Position numbers and translations under genes: made by a program
Origin: Octopus vulgaris
Lineage: Eukaryota
DNA: 64,000 bases
Assembly: GCA_951406725.2 (NCBI GenBank)
Contig: OX597814.1
Coordinates: 28,520,001-28,584,000 of the forward strand
Direction: 5' to 3'
The notes under the pieces: model-generated
What the model was told of the DNA's origin: nothing
Databases searched by the model: none
Seen by the model: the letters and a program-made list of their open reading frames with translations, nothing else
Shown here: positions 40,864 through 54,009 of the stretch, piece after piece
Position numbering within the stretch: position 1 is the first letter of the stretch
Layout: every line of letters starts with the position of its first letter

Positions 40864-41369
40864 TCTATATATATAAAACTCTAGTTGTGTGAGTGTCTGT
40901 CCCCTTCGATTTAGATTCCTAACTCATCCCACATTTTGCGGTGCAGTTTAACCAAATTCGGGTATCTTATAGTCGTGATTCATATCGAGCCCGTCTGAGT
41001 ATTAGCGCGCGTCAACGATGAGTCTACGATTTTAAAAATAATTTAACATCATTTTTTATTCCATTTTAATGCATAAAATGCATCGTGTGTCGATGGCGGC
41101 GGAGTTGGCGTCTACGCTCACAGCTGCACCTGTTTGCTTCTCCCCCTTCCCTCCCTCGTGAAGCTGTGGGGAAGGGAGTGTAAAGAAATCAACGTCGTAA
41201 TGCGTTGTGAAGGAAACCAGCGTTCTTTTAGAACAACGACTTCATGGCTTGAAGACACCAAAACAAAAATGGCTAAGAAAGCCCGAATTTATAAGGGTAG
41301 TAACTCTCTAAAAATGCTTATATAGTTATTTCCCTTACAAACCCGAGCAACGCCGGGCGATACTGCTAG
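40864..41369 (+). mobile_element. Helitron array unit 1 (subtype A)
   Basis: A|TC start, cccgagcaacgccggg hairpin, CTAG end. Confidence 0.92.
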
Positions 41370-41755
41370 TCTTTATATATAAAAGTAAGGTTGTGTGCCT
41401 GTCTTCTCCGATTTAGATTCCTAACTACTCCCACATTTTGCGGTGCAGTTTAACCAAAACCGGGTATCTTATAGTCGTGATTCATATCGAGCCCTTCTGG
41501 GTATTAGCGCGCGTCTACGATAAGTCTACGATTTTAAAAATAATTTACCATCATTTTTTCCATTTTAATGCATATTTTTTTAAAGGGAAGTAACTCTCTA
41601 AAAATGTCTACGATGAGTCAACGATTTAAAAAAAATTTACCATAATTTTTGTTCCATTTTAATGCATTTTTTGCTATTTTTTGGCTATAACTCTCTAAAA
41701 ATGCTTTATAGTTATTTCCCTTACAAACCCGAGCAACGCCGGGCGATACTGCTAG
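41370..41755 (+). mobile_element. Helitron array unit 2 (subtype B)
   Basis: Exact CTAG|TC junction. Confidence 0.92.
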
Positions 41756-42251
41756 TCTATATATATAAAACTGTAGTTGTGTGAGTGTCTGTCCCCTTCG
41801 ATTTAGATTCCTAACTACTCCCACATTTTGCGGTGCAGTTTAACCAAATTCGGGTATCTTATAGTCGTGATTCATATCGAGCCCGTCTGGGTATTAGCGC
41901 GCGTCTACGATGAGTCTACGATTTTAAAAATAATTTAACATAATTTTTTATTCCATTTTAATGCATAATTTTTCGTGTGTCGATGGCGGCGGAGTTGGCG
42001 TCCATGGTCACACCTGCACCTGTGTTTGCTTCTCCCCCTTCTTCCCTCCCTCGTGAAGCTGTGGGGAAGGGAGTGTAAGGAAATCAACGTCGTAAAGCGT
42101 TGTCAAGGAGACCAACGTTCTTTTAGAACAACGACTTCATGGCTTGAAGACACCAAAACAAAAATGGCTAAGAAAGCCCGAATTGGCATCTAAAAATGCT
42201 TATATAGTTATTTCCCTTACAAACCCGAGCAACGCCGGGCGATACTGCTAG
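41756..42251 (+). mobile_element. Helitron array unit 3 (subtype A)
   Basis: Exact CTAG|TC junction. Confidence 0.92.
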
Positions 42252-42536
42252 TATTTATATATAAAAGTAAGGTTGTGTGTCTGTCTCCTACGATTTAGAT
42301 TCCTAACTACTCCCACTTTTTTGCGGTGCAGTTTAACCAAAACCGGGTATCTTATAGTCGTGATTCATATCGAGCCCTTCTGGGTATTAACGCGCGTCTA
42401 CGATGAGTCTACGATTTTAAAAATAATTTACCAGCATTTTTTTCCATTTTTTTGCTATTTTTTGGCTATAACTCTCTAAAAATGCTTTATAGTTATTTCC
42501 CTTACAAACCCGAGCAACGCCGGGCGATACTGCTAG
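42252..42536 (+). mobile_element. Helitron array unit 4 (subtype B, internally deleted)
   Basis: CTAG|TA junction (TC mutated), ends CTAG|T. Confidence 0.9.
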
Positions 42537-42664
42537 TATATATATATATATATATATATATGTGTATGTATGTATATACATACACATGCGTATATACACA
42601 GACACGCACACACAAATACATATGTTATATATGACACACACACACACACACTCCACACACCCAC

Positions 42665-42869
42665 ATTCTTTTATTCTTTTATTTGTTTCAGTCATTTGAC
42701 TGAGGCCATGCTGGAGCACTGCCTTTAGTCGAACAAATCGATCCCGGGATTTATTCTTCGTAAGCCTAGTACTTATTCTATCGGTCTTTTTTTGCCGAAC
42801 CGCTAAGTTTCGGGGGACGTAAACACACACCAGTATCGGTTGTCAAGCGATGGTGAGGGGACAAACACA

Positions 42870-42913
<44 letters not shown>

Positions 42914-42975
42914 TACCACGGGCTTCTATCGGTTTCCGTGTGTACAAAATCCACTCACAAGGCTTTGGGTCGATT
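42665..42975 (-). mobile_element. SINE family A, 5'-truncated
   Basis: Tail and 3' half present. Confidence 0.85.
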
Positions 42976-43023
42976 AGAGATATAAATAAGCAAAGACAGC
43001 GGAAAGGAGATCACTTGAGTGAT

Positions 43024-43055
<32 letters not shown>

Positions 43056-43554
43056 ACACATACACACACACACACACATACGCACACACACACATACGCA
43101 CACACACACAACTGTGTTTGCGTGTGTATCTTCTTCACCGTCTCGTTTCTCTCACAGCCTAAGACACATAGACATAATTACATGGAAAAGAAAACACGAA
43201 CGCAGAGGTTCATTTGCTTTCTAATCCAGGAACTAGTTTCATCAAAATCACAAGAGATTCTCGTGACCTAGTGACCGGTTTTTTTTTAAACGTTTGTTTT
43301 TTCTTTCTTTCATTTTATGTTGTTTTGTTCTTACTTATTTTAATACTTTATTTATTCATTTATTTATTTAGTTATTTATTTCATTGTTATTATCTTTTTT
43401 TATATTGTTTGGTTTCTTTCTTTTTTGTTTTTTTGATATTATTATTTTTGTTTTCATATATTTTTTTGCTTTTTTTTTTTAGTGGTTCGGTCAAACCCAG
43501 CAAGTCACTGCTGAAAAGAAAGACGGGGAACTAAACAAAGACATCAACCAGCGA

Positions 43555-44720
43555 TCACGCCATCGCAGTTACCGCCACCACCGCCACCACCACCACTGCC
43601 ACGGCCCCGTCGCCGCCATGCCACGCTGTCGCCGCCACGAGGACTGCGACGATAGTGACGACGACGACGACAACGTCCATCACTCTACCACCAGCGCCAC
43701 CGCCGCCGTGAAGACCACCACCGTTACTACCACCACCACCACCACCACTACCACAACCATCACCACCACCACCACTACCACAACCATCACCACCACCACC
43801 GCCACTAGCACCACCACTAACCCCTTCCCCCACAATCTTCGCCTCCACACCACCACCATCACAACAACCCACCACCACCGGCCGGCCACCTCATGCCATC
43901 TCCACCGCCATCATAGCGACTAACTACCACTACCATCACCACCGCTACCATCTTCCAGACCACCACACTGACGTGATTCCCCCACTACCCCACCCCCATT
44001 TACATTACTACTATCATTACCACTACCACCGCTACCGCAGTCACCACCACCGCTACCGCAGCCACCACCACCGCTACCGCAGCCACCACCACCACCACCA
44101 CCACCACTGTCGCCAACACCGAAACAACAACAACAACACTATCGTCGCCGCCACCGCCATCATCTAAATACTACCAATATATCAACCAGCACCACTGTCA
44201 CCATTGCTATAATCACAGCAGCTGCTACAAGCACCACCACCATCATCATCAGCAGCAGCAGCAGCACCACCGCCACCACCACCACCGTTTCCATCACCAT
44301 CACCACCAACACTAACAACGTTGACATGGCGGATATCGTTATTTATTTATTGATTTATCTTCACCACTACCACCACCAGCACAACCATCGTTACAACCAC
44401 CGCCACCACCACCATCACCATCGTTATAACCACCACCACCACCACCATCGTTACAACCACCCCGCCACCGTCTATGCAGCACCACCACCAAAACCTTCAC
44501 CGACATCATCTTCACAGCCACTACCTCTACAACCACCAGCACCACCAAAAGATATATACATATATGTATATATATATATATATCAAAAGATATATATATA
44601 TATACGTATATCTACACGCACCACCACCCAAACAACAACATCGATACCACAACCACTACCGCGACAACAAACACCAACAATCACCACTACCATCGCCAGT
44701 ACCACCGCCACCAGCACTGT
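43555..44720. repeat. Degenerate (ACC)n low-complexity field
   Basis: Direct observation; source of the polyT/H/P/G/V ORFs. Confidence 0.9.
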
Positions 44721-44950
44721 TCAATCTTTTTGTTGTTTGTGCTGCTGTTGTGATAGATCCGTTTTGTTTTTTGTTTTTTTTTAATTTTCATCACACACAC
44801 ACACACGCACACACACATACGCACACATATACACACACTTCCATACACAGTCATGCACACATACAAACGCAAAGAGACAGCCAGACATTCTTGGATACGC
44901 CACACATATACGGACGCATACGAAAAGCGATTTGTCATACATACGCATGC

Positions 44951-45005
<55 letters not shown>

Positions 45006-45254
45006 TAGATACATACACACACACGTACATATAGATACACACACACACAGAAATCTACAGCCAGACACAACAACACATACAGATTCTTTACATATGCTTA
45101 TATATATATACAAGCATCAAAATATTAACACCCACACAAACACCTACTCACACCAACACAAAACTACGTGCAAACACACATACACACACACTAGCACATG
45201 CATAACAACACAAGGTATTATAAACGCACATAAACAGACACTTGCTTATGTGTT

Positions 45255-45303
<49 letters not shown>

Positions 45304-45549
45304 ATACATGTACATACGCACACACGTTACGTGCATATGTATGTACGGTATATATATATATATATATATATAATACGTCACGTTATATATATATATATAT
45401 ATATATATATACCGTACATACATATGCACATAACGTGTGTGCGTGTGCACATATATATATATATATATGTTTACATGTACACACATAAACATGTACATCA
45501 TGTATGTGCATGCATTAAATGTATATATGTAGGCATATATATGTGAATG

Positions 45550-45595
<46 letters not shown>

Positions 45596-45779
45596 CTTGT
45601 ATGTATATATGTATGTATGTATATATATATGTATACAGGTTTGTATATATGTATTCTCTAATTCTTTTGTTTCAGTCATGTGACTACGGCCATGCTGGAG
45701 CATGTTTGTATGTTTGTGTGCATTTATGCTTATATGTATGCATGCATGTGTGTATGTATATATGTGTATGTAAGTATAT

Positions 45780-46190
45780 ATATATATATGTATGTATGTA
45801 TACACATTTGTATGTACGTATATTTGTATATTTGTGTGTACATATGCATATACATATGTATACATGTATGTATGTATATATATATATATATGTATGTATA
45901 CATATATATTTATATATATGTATGTATACAAATTTGTATGTACCTATCCATGTACGTATATTTGTATATTTGTGTGTATATATGCATATACATATGTATA
46001 CATGTATGCATGTATATATATATATATATATATGTATATTTATATATATGTATATTTATATATATATATATATATATATACATATATATATGTATACAAA
46101 TTTGTATGTACGTTTTCATGTACGTATATTTGTATATTTGTGTGTATATATGCATATACATATGTATACATGTAAGTATGTATGTATGCA
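45780..46190. repeat. Triplicated TA-rich unit (tttgtatgtac...tatttgtatatttgtgtgta...)
   Basis: Three related copies. Confidence 0.75.
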
Positions 46191-47222
46191 TGTGTGTGTG
46201 TGTATGTATGTATGTGTTTAAGCTTGTCGTCTACCTTTTGGATATGTCCCTGCATGCTTTGCTTTTCTTCCTAGTCTGGTTGTTTTAAACAAACGTGGAC
46301 AAGTTTCTGAACTACATTCTACTTTTCCTCTCTCTCTCTTACTCACTCACTCACTCCCTCACTTACTTCCTCATTCTCTCTCTCTCTCTCCGCCCCTCTC
46401 CCTTTCTATCAACCAAGTCTACCTATAAGTCTTACTCTTTCTTCTTCAATCTCTCTTCCAATTCAAATCCTTCTCTATCACTCGCTGCTCCGCTTCTCTC
46501 TTGTCTGTCGGCGTATATATATATATATATATATATTTCTTTCTTAACAATCTTCTCTCTTCCCTTATCACTTCTTCTTCTCTCCGTTTCTCTTTGTTTC
46601 TTCTATCTCTCCTTTGTTTTTCAATCTCTTCATATTCCTCTTCCAATTTCTTTCTTTTAGTATCCATTTCTTAACACATTTTTTTTATCCTTTCTAGAGC
46701 AACCCTGCAATCTCTCTCCCTCTCCCTCTCCCTCTTACCACCCTCATACTCTCTGTCTCATACACTCTCCTTCCCTCAACACTTTTTCCTATCTTCCCTC
46801 TCTTTATCTTCTCTATATTTCTAACCCTCCCCTTGTTCTCTTGAATTCCTTTCCTTACATTCCCTCCGACTCCTTTTGTTTGCTTTATTTCCACCTCTCT
46901 CACACACATTCTTTCTTACTCTCCTTTTCCCATCAGTTTCTATATATTTATACCTCTGTCTGTTGATGCTCCCTTCACATTCTCCCTCTCTTTCTCTCTC
47001 TGTATCTATCGTTCTGTGTGTTTTCGGCATGGTTTCTCTCTATATCTCTCCCCTTCAGGTTCACTCTATATACACATATACACATTTTAAACATACATGT
47101 ACACACAAACGATTCCACGTGCATTTATTATGCCACGCAGGCATACTGTCTATCCTTTTCTCTCTTTAACACACCGTCATTCTATTTTCCTTTACCCCAC
47201 CGTCACCTCCGTTCTACCGCCA

Positions 47223-47253
<31 letters not shown>

Positions 47254-47541
47254 TACTCACACACATACTCACTCACATACTGCCCCCTCTCACTCTCTTC
47301 TCTCTTTTCATATCCCTTTTATATATGTATTTATGTATTTATTTTTGATTTGTTTTTTTTGTTGCAGGCTCTTCTCACCCGTTTCCTCTTCCTTAAGGGG
47401 TTATGGAGGGACGGGGCAAAGGGTGCAGACGAAAGAAAGCACATTTAGGGGCGCGGGAAGTCTAGAAAACACCACTAACCCAGACAGAAGAATTAGAGAA
47501 GATGGGGAGGGAGGGATCGGCAGGGTAAATAATTAGCAACG

Positions 47542-47584
<43 letters not shown>

Positions 47585-47615
47585 TATATATATATATGGA
47601 TATATATATACACAC

Positions 47616-47656
<41 letters not shown>

Positions 47657-47688
47657 TCTATACAATATGTTACATTACTCGGTAGTCA

Positions 47689-47751
47689 AGATAAAACTCT
47701 GAGTTTCAGATGCCGAAGTGGAAATCCACAACACCATCTCTTCGGTTATCT
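47689..47751 (-). ncRNA. Type I hammerhead ribozyme motif (left-arm copy)
   Basis: Mirror of 48433-48495. Confidence 0.7.
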
Positions 47752-47935
47752 GGCTATTTGAAAACGTTATGAAAAAATACCGTTAAAAATGAAGGGAAAT
47801 TACTCTGTTATAACTCTGCTTTGCCTGCGTATTTATACATCGCTCGCATTTTTCGTCATAAAAATTATATAAAAATACATAAAAATATATAAAAATATAT
47901 AAAATCTTCTTGGGACATAACACAGAAAGCATGTT

Positions 47936-48091
47936 CTATCCGTTTTCTTTAGGGGACCAAAAACGTAACAGAAATTTAGTCACATGTGGGCATGATCCGA
48001 AAAGCTCTGTCCTTGTATTTAGACATGTGGTAGGGTCTAAGCTGCTTTTCCAGATAAGCCATCTCTCCATGTCGCATAAACCGCACCTTCC
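47936..48091 (-). pseudogene. PLE GIY-YIG endonuclease C-terminus (left arm)
   Basis: GRCGLCDMERWLIWKSSLDPTTCLNTRTELFGSCPHVTKFLLRFWSPKENG*, fitting the CxLCxxE...LNxRxEL...CxHxxKxLL motif. Confidence 0.85.
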
Positions 48092-48094
48092 GTT

Positions 48095-48238
48095 TTATGC
48101 GACATGGAGAGATGGCTTATCTGGAAAAGCAGCTTAGACCCTACCACATGTCTAAATACAAGGACAGAGCTTTTCGGATCATGCCCACATGTGACTAAAT
48201 TTCTGTTACGTTTTTGGTCCCCTAAAGAAAACGGATAG
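48095..48238 (+). pseudogene. PLE GIY-YIG endonuclease C-terminus (right arm)
   Basis: LCDMERWLIW...LNTRTELFGSCPHVTKFLLRFWSPKENG*. Confidence 0.85.
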
Positions 48239-48432
48239 AACATGCTTTCTGTGTTATGTCCCAAGAAGATTTTATATATTTTTATATATTTTTATATATT
48301 TTTATGTATTTTTATATAATTTTTATGACGAAAAATGCGAGCGATGTATAAGTACGCAGGCAAAGCAGAGTTATAACAGAGTAATTTCCCTTCATTTTTA
48401 ACGGTATTTTTTCATAACGTTTTCAAATAGCC

Positions 48433-48495
48433 AGATAACCGAAGAGATGGTGTTGTGGATTTCCACTTCGGCATCTGAAACTCAGAGTTTTATCT
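48433..48495 (+). ncRNA. Type I hammerhead ribozyme motif (right-arm copy)
   Basis: agataa-CCGAAGA-gatg[..gtgg attt ccac..]catc-t-GAAA-ctc a gaG TT-ttatct; stems I, II and III all pair. Confidence 0.72.
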
Positions 48496-48591
48496 TGACT
48501 ACCGAGTAATGTAACATATTGTATAGATAAATTTCCTCTATTTACATAATATTGAGGTCTCTTTCTTTCTTTTGTTATCTTACCGTTTTAT

Positions 48592-49060
<469 letters not shown>

Positions 49061-49397
49061 ACACATTGGAATAAATACATAGCAATTGTAACGAAAATAT
49101 TTCTTTCGTATAAAGCGATTAGCAGAGAGCTCAATAAGAAGCCAAAACGAAGGATGAGAAAACCAGGTTTGGGGCAGTAATACGATATAAAACTACAGCT
49201 ATAACGAAGAGACGCAGGAAAAAATACAAGCTAAATGTTAGATAAAATCATATATTCCATGTCTTTCTTGGATACAATCGCGCTCCTAGCAGTTAGACGT
49301 TATAGTATCACATGGACATGTGATACTGTCAGTAGCAGAAGCTTCAAGATTGTCGTACGAGAATTTTACAGTTTATGTACAGTGATGTAGAAACTGG

Positions 49398-49775
49398 TAA
49401 CCAACCACATGGTTCCGGGTTCAGTCCCACTGCGTGGCATCTTGGGCAAGTGTCATCTGCTATAGCCCCCGGGCCGACCAATGCCTTGTGAATGGATTTG
49501 GTAGACGGAAACTGAAAGAAGCCTGTCGTATATATGTATATATATATATATGTATGTATGTGTTTGTGTGTCTGTGTTTGTCCCCCTAGCATTGCATGAC
49601 AACCGATGCTGGTGTGTTTACGTCCCCGTCACTTAGCGGTTCGGCAAAAGAGAGACTGATAGAATAAGTACTGGGCTTACAAAAGAATAAGTCCTGGGGT
49701 CGATTTGCTCGACTAAAGGTGGTGCTCCAGCATGGCCGCAGTCAAATGACTGAAACAAGTAAAAGAGTAAAAGAG
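49398..49775 (+). mobile_element. SINE family A, 5'-truncated
   Basis: Starts within the tRNA head. Confidence 0.9.
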
Positions 49776-50100
49776 ATGGAAATATAAAAACCATCAAGAA
49801 CGTGTTCATCGGATTTATTTACTAAAAAACGTTACCGAAACATTAAAAACGGAACTTAACATTAAAAATGGGGTTTAAATTTATTTTGCCAGGGTACAGG
49901 TATGGCTTGTATGGTTATGAAGCCTGCTTTGCAAGCAAATGGTTTTAGGTTCTGCCCCACTACGAGGCAGTTGGTGCAAATGTCTTCTACTAAACTTCCG
50001 GGTCGACCAATGTCTTGTGAGCGAAATCAGGAGACGAAAAACTGTGTGGAAACCGTCGCACATAGCTTGTATATATGTATGTGTGTGTATAGGCATACAT

Positions 50101-50483
50101 GGAAGCACTCTGTCGGTTACGACGACGAGGGTTCCGGTTGACTCGAATCAACGGAACAGCCTGCTCGTGAAATTAACGTGTAAGTGGCTGAGCACTCCAC
50201 AGACACGTGTACCCTTAACGTAGTTCTCGGGGATATTCAATGTGACACAGAGAGTGACAAGGCCGGCCCCTTGAAATACAGGTACAACAGAAACAGGAAT
50301 TAAGAGTGAGAGAAAGTTGTGGTGAAAGAGTATAGCAGGGATCACCACCACCCACTGCTGGAGCCTCGTGGAGCTTTTAGGTGTTTTCGCTCAATAAACA
50401 CTCACAACGCCCGGTCTGGGAATCGAAACCGCGATCCTATGACCGCGAGTCCGCTGCCCTAACCACTGGGCCATTGCGCCTCC
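50101..50483 (-). mobile_element. SINE family C
   Basis: 13-bp TSD tataggcatacat. Confidence 0.93.
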
Positions 50484-50606
50484 ACTATAGGCATACATAC
50501 ATACGTACTCACACACACACATATACACAAGCCGCTCGAGCTAAATTCGAGCTAAATTTGCATATAAGAGAAAAGAACACAACATCCCATCCAAAAATAA
50601 AAGCAT

Positions 50607-50839
50607 ACTCTTTTACTCTTTTACTTGTTTCAGTCATGTGACTGTGGCCATGTTGGAGCACCGCCTTTAGTCGAGCAAATCGGCCCCAGGACTTATTCTT
50701 TGTAAGCCTGGTACATATTCTATCAGTCTCTTTTGCCGGACTGCTAAGTGACGGGGACGTAAACACACCACCATCAGTTGTCGAGCGATGTTGGTGGGGG
50801 TAGGGGTGGATACTGACACACAAGCATACACACACACAC

Positions 50840-50873
<34 letters not shown>

Positions 50874-51025
50874 GACGGGCTTCTTTCAATTTCCGTCTAC
50901 CAAATCTACTCACAAGGCTTTGGTCGCCCTGAGGCTATAGTAGAAGACACTTGCCCAAGGTGCCACGCAGTGGGACTGAAGCCGGAACCATGTGGTTCGT
51001 AAGCAAGCTACTTACCACACAGCCA
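50607..51025 (-). mobile_element. SINE family A
   Basis: Near full length, nested in the transposon. Confidence 0.9.
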
Positions 51026-51676
51026 CGAAAAATTAAAAAAAAGTATCAACTACACTATGGCCGGAAGACAACAGTTTACTTAAAGAAGTCGCCCTAAACT
51101 ACCTCGGCCTCAAGACGGTTCCAGGACCTGGCACATACTCTCATCACTGTGTCACTGGGAAGATCTTCGAACACTTCCTTGATCATGGTTACCAGCTTGG
51201 CTTTGGTGGTGCAGGCAGAGCGGTCGGTGTGTTTCTCAACTGCACCCCACACATAATCATCCTTCGGATTAGAATTGAGGGAATTTGGAGGCCAGAAATT
51301 GCGGCTGGTGAGGTCGTAGAAATTCTTCGACAACCACTTTTGACTCTTTTCAGAATTATGACCAGGAACTGAATCCTGTAGCCACGCATATGGTCTTCCA
51401 GCAGCAACCCTCTCCAGCCAGGGTTTGACCACTCTTTCCAGCAGCTACACACAGCCGTCTGAATTGTGCCTAAGACCCTGTTCATCACTTGTTGAATGAA
51501 TTCCGGCGTGGGGACACAATCAAGACGCTTGCTGGGTGCCATCCTGCTGACCATGTCTTTTTAGTCTCCTTTCCGCTGTCCACAGCCTTTACAATGTTCA
51601 AAGAACATTGAGCATCAGTCATGATGTCGGCATCTTGACACCCAGTGTGACACCGGTAATACTTTTCCAAGTTTAA

Positions 51677-51908
51677 AGGCGGCGAGCTGGCAGAAACGTT
51701 AGCACGCCGGGCGAAATGCGTAGCTCTATTTCGTCTGCCGTTACGTTCTGAGTTCAAATTCCGCCGAGGTCGACTTTGCCTTTCATCCTTTCGGGGTCGA
51801 TAAATTAAGTACCAGTTACGCACTGGAGTCGATGTAATCGACTTAATCCGTTTGTCTGTCCTTGTTTGTCCCCTCTGTGTTTAGCCCCTTGTGGGTAATA
51901 AAGAAATA
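51677..51908 (+). mobile_element. SINE family B
   Basis: 16-bp TSD ggtaatacttttccaa (51655-51670, 51909-51924). Confidence 0.94.
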
Positions 51909-52369
51909 GGTAATACTTTTCCAATATTCAGATTGCTTCCAGTCTTCCATTTTAGGTAACCTTTTCTCAACGATAGCTTTAATCTTTGTGTTCTCCAACT
52001 CTGTCGACTGTTCACCAGTACATCAAGCTGTTCTAGAGATAGGGAAACGTAAAAAAAAAAAAAAAGAAATCGTCAAATTTAGCTCGAACATTCTGCACGC
52101 ACACACACACACAGATAATTAATCAGGTATTTTAACATTCAGGACGCCGGGAAAGAAAGGGTCGAGTTTCACACGTAAATAGTAGTACATAAATATACAT
52201 CCATTGATATATGCGAATATATAGTTAGCTGAGTGCCTGAATAGCATCCTATAGCTTCAGCGGAGCCTCGAATTTGAAATGCAATTTATTTGGGAAAAGA
52301 GAATTATATTTTTGTAATATACAGGGAAGGTATTACAGTGAGAAAGTCATTGCTCATGTGCACACATGT

Positions 52370-52728
52370 GGAAGCACTCCGTCGGTTACGACGACGAGGG
52401 TTCCGGTTGATCCGATCAACGGAACAGCCTGCTCGTGAAATTAACGTGTAAGTGGCTGAGCACTCCACAGACACGTGTACCCTTAACGTAGTTCTCGGGG
52501 TTATTCAGCGTGACACGGAGAGTGACAAGGCCGGCCCTTTGAAATACAGGTACAACAGAAACAGGAAATAAGAGTGAGAGAAAGTTGTGGTGAAAGAGTA
52601 CAGCAGGGATCACGTGGAGCTTTAGGTGTTTTCGCTCAATAAACACTCACAACGCCCGGTCTGAGAATCGAAACCGCGATCCTATGACCGCGAGTCCGCT
52701 GCCCTAACCACTGGGCCATTGCGCCTCC
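52370..52728 (-). mobile_element. SINE family C
   Basis: Near full length, small internal deletion. Confidence 0.92.
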
Positions 52729-53174
52729 ACGTACACTTGTAAACTTGTATGTATATCATTTATGTGTCTCTGTGTATACATATATGCATATATTTGTGTG
52801 TGTGTGTTGGGCCTACTTTTTTGCTTTGCTTGGGAGACATGCTATCGTGTCAGTGAAATCATGAAGAAAATTATCGCATTTTCGAAAGAAAGTCGATATA
52901 TTTGGGGGCATAAATTCAGTCATACTTTGTAATCTTTCTGGTGAGGCAAGGTGACTCCCTGCTGAAACACAGATTCAATGAAAAGATGTCGTCTACATAT
53001 TTCAATTTAATATGTCTCCATTGTTGATTTGCGATTGAACCACTCTCTGTATAATGAATTCCATGTATTATCTTCCAAGTACAGGTAAATGTCTTTTTTA
53101 TCTATATATTGCGATGCGAACTTTGTTTTCAATAACAGACAAGATATGTGAGGCTAAACTATATGCCATCTTAT

Positions 53175-53407
53175 AAGGCGGCGAGCTGGCAGAAACGTTA
53201 GCACGCCGGGAGAAATGCGTAGCCGTATTTCGTCTGGCGTTACGTTCTGGGTTCAAATTTCGCCGAGGTCGACTTTGCCTTTCATCCTTTCGGGGTCGAT
53301 AAATTAAGTACCAGTTGCGCACTGGAGTCGATATAATCGACTTAATCCGTTTATCTGTCCTTGTTTGTCCCCTCTGTGTTTAGCCCCTTGTGGCTAGTAA
53401 AGAAATA
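53175..53407 (+). mobile_element. SINE family B
   Basis: 15-bp TSD tatatgccatcttat. Confidence 0.94.
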
Positions 53408-53687
53408 TATATGCCATCTTATGTTGATAAGCCATAAAAAAAAAAATGGTGAGACATCGAAGTCCATCACGCCTGAAATGGATTTGGGGTGGGTTGTCTC
53501 GCTTGTCCATGACTTCCACGTGTTTTAACGTCCGGCGTTTCGAGGGAATAATCTCCACCACGCTATAACGAAGCTTACTGGCAAACACACATGACATGTA
53601 CGATGTGAATTCAAAGCTTCGGCAGCCAGAACGAATCTGACACGCTAACGACGTCACCACTAAGACACAGAAATACCTACGAGTTAT

Positions 53688-53779
53688 CTTCTTTCTTTCC
53701 TTTCCTGAGCGTCCAATAACACTATACTTGTTCCACGTCCTGGCGTTGTTGTGTTTTCTCTTTATGTTTTCTTGTTTGG

Positions 53780-53783
<4 letters not shown>
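53688..53783 (+). mobile_element. Short PLE 3' end
   Basis: ttcctgagcgtccaataa...ttgttccacgtcct...gtttggatta, near-identical to 54660-54753; ends at (TCTA)n. Confidence 0.7.
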
Positions 53784-53849
<66 letters not shown>

Positions 53850-53862
53850 CATCCATCCATCC

Positions 53863-53918
<56 letters not shown>

Positions 53919-53920
53919 CA

Positions 53921-54006
<86 letters not shown>

Positions 54007-54009
<3 letters not shown>

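Larger units (their letters stand above)
50528..52095 (-). mobile_element. Decayed DD37D/maT-like Tc1-mariner transposon with two SINE insertions
   Basis: TIR core tcgagctaaatttg at both ends; ORF 51094-51432 VKPWLERVAAGRPYAWLQDSVPGH...FWPPNSLNSNPKDDYVWGAVE. Confidence 0.82.

Noticed and set aside
47367-47524. Possible exon with ttttgttgcag acceptor and gtaaat donor
   Set aside because: The open frame has no recognisable protein and lies in low-complexity surroundings; such splice-like matches are expected by chance
47910-48264. Twin 75-aa ORFs MGHNTESMF... on both strands
   Set aside because: These are antisense frames produced by the palindrome; the meaningful frame is the outward-reading PLE endonuclease C-terminus
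49080-49390. 11-bp hairpin (agtatcacatg/catgtgatact) and faint PLE-like peptide
   Set aside because: Too degenerate to support a call
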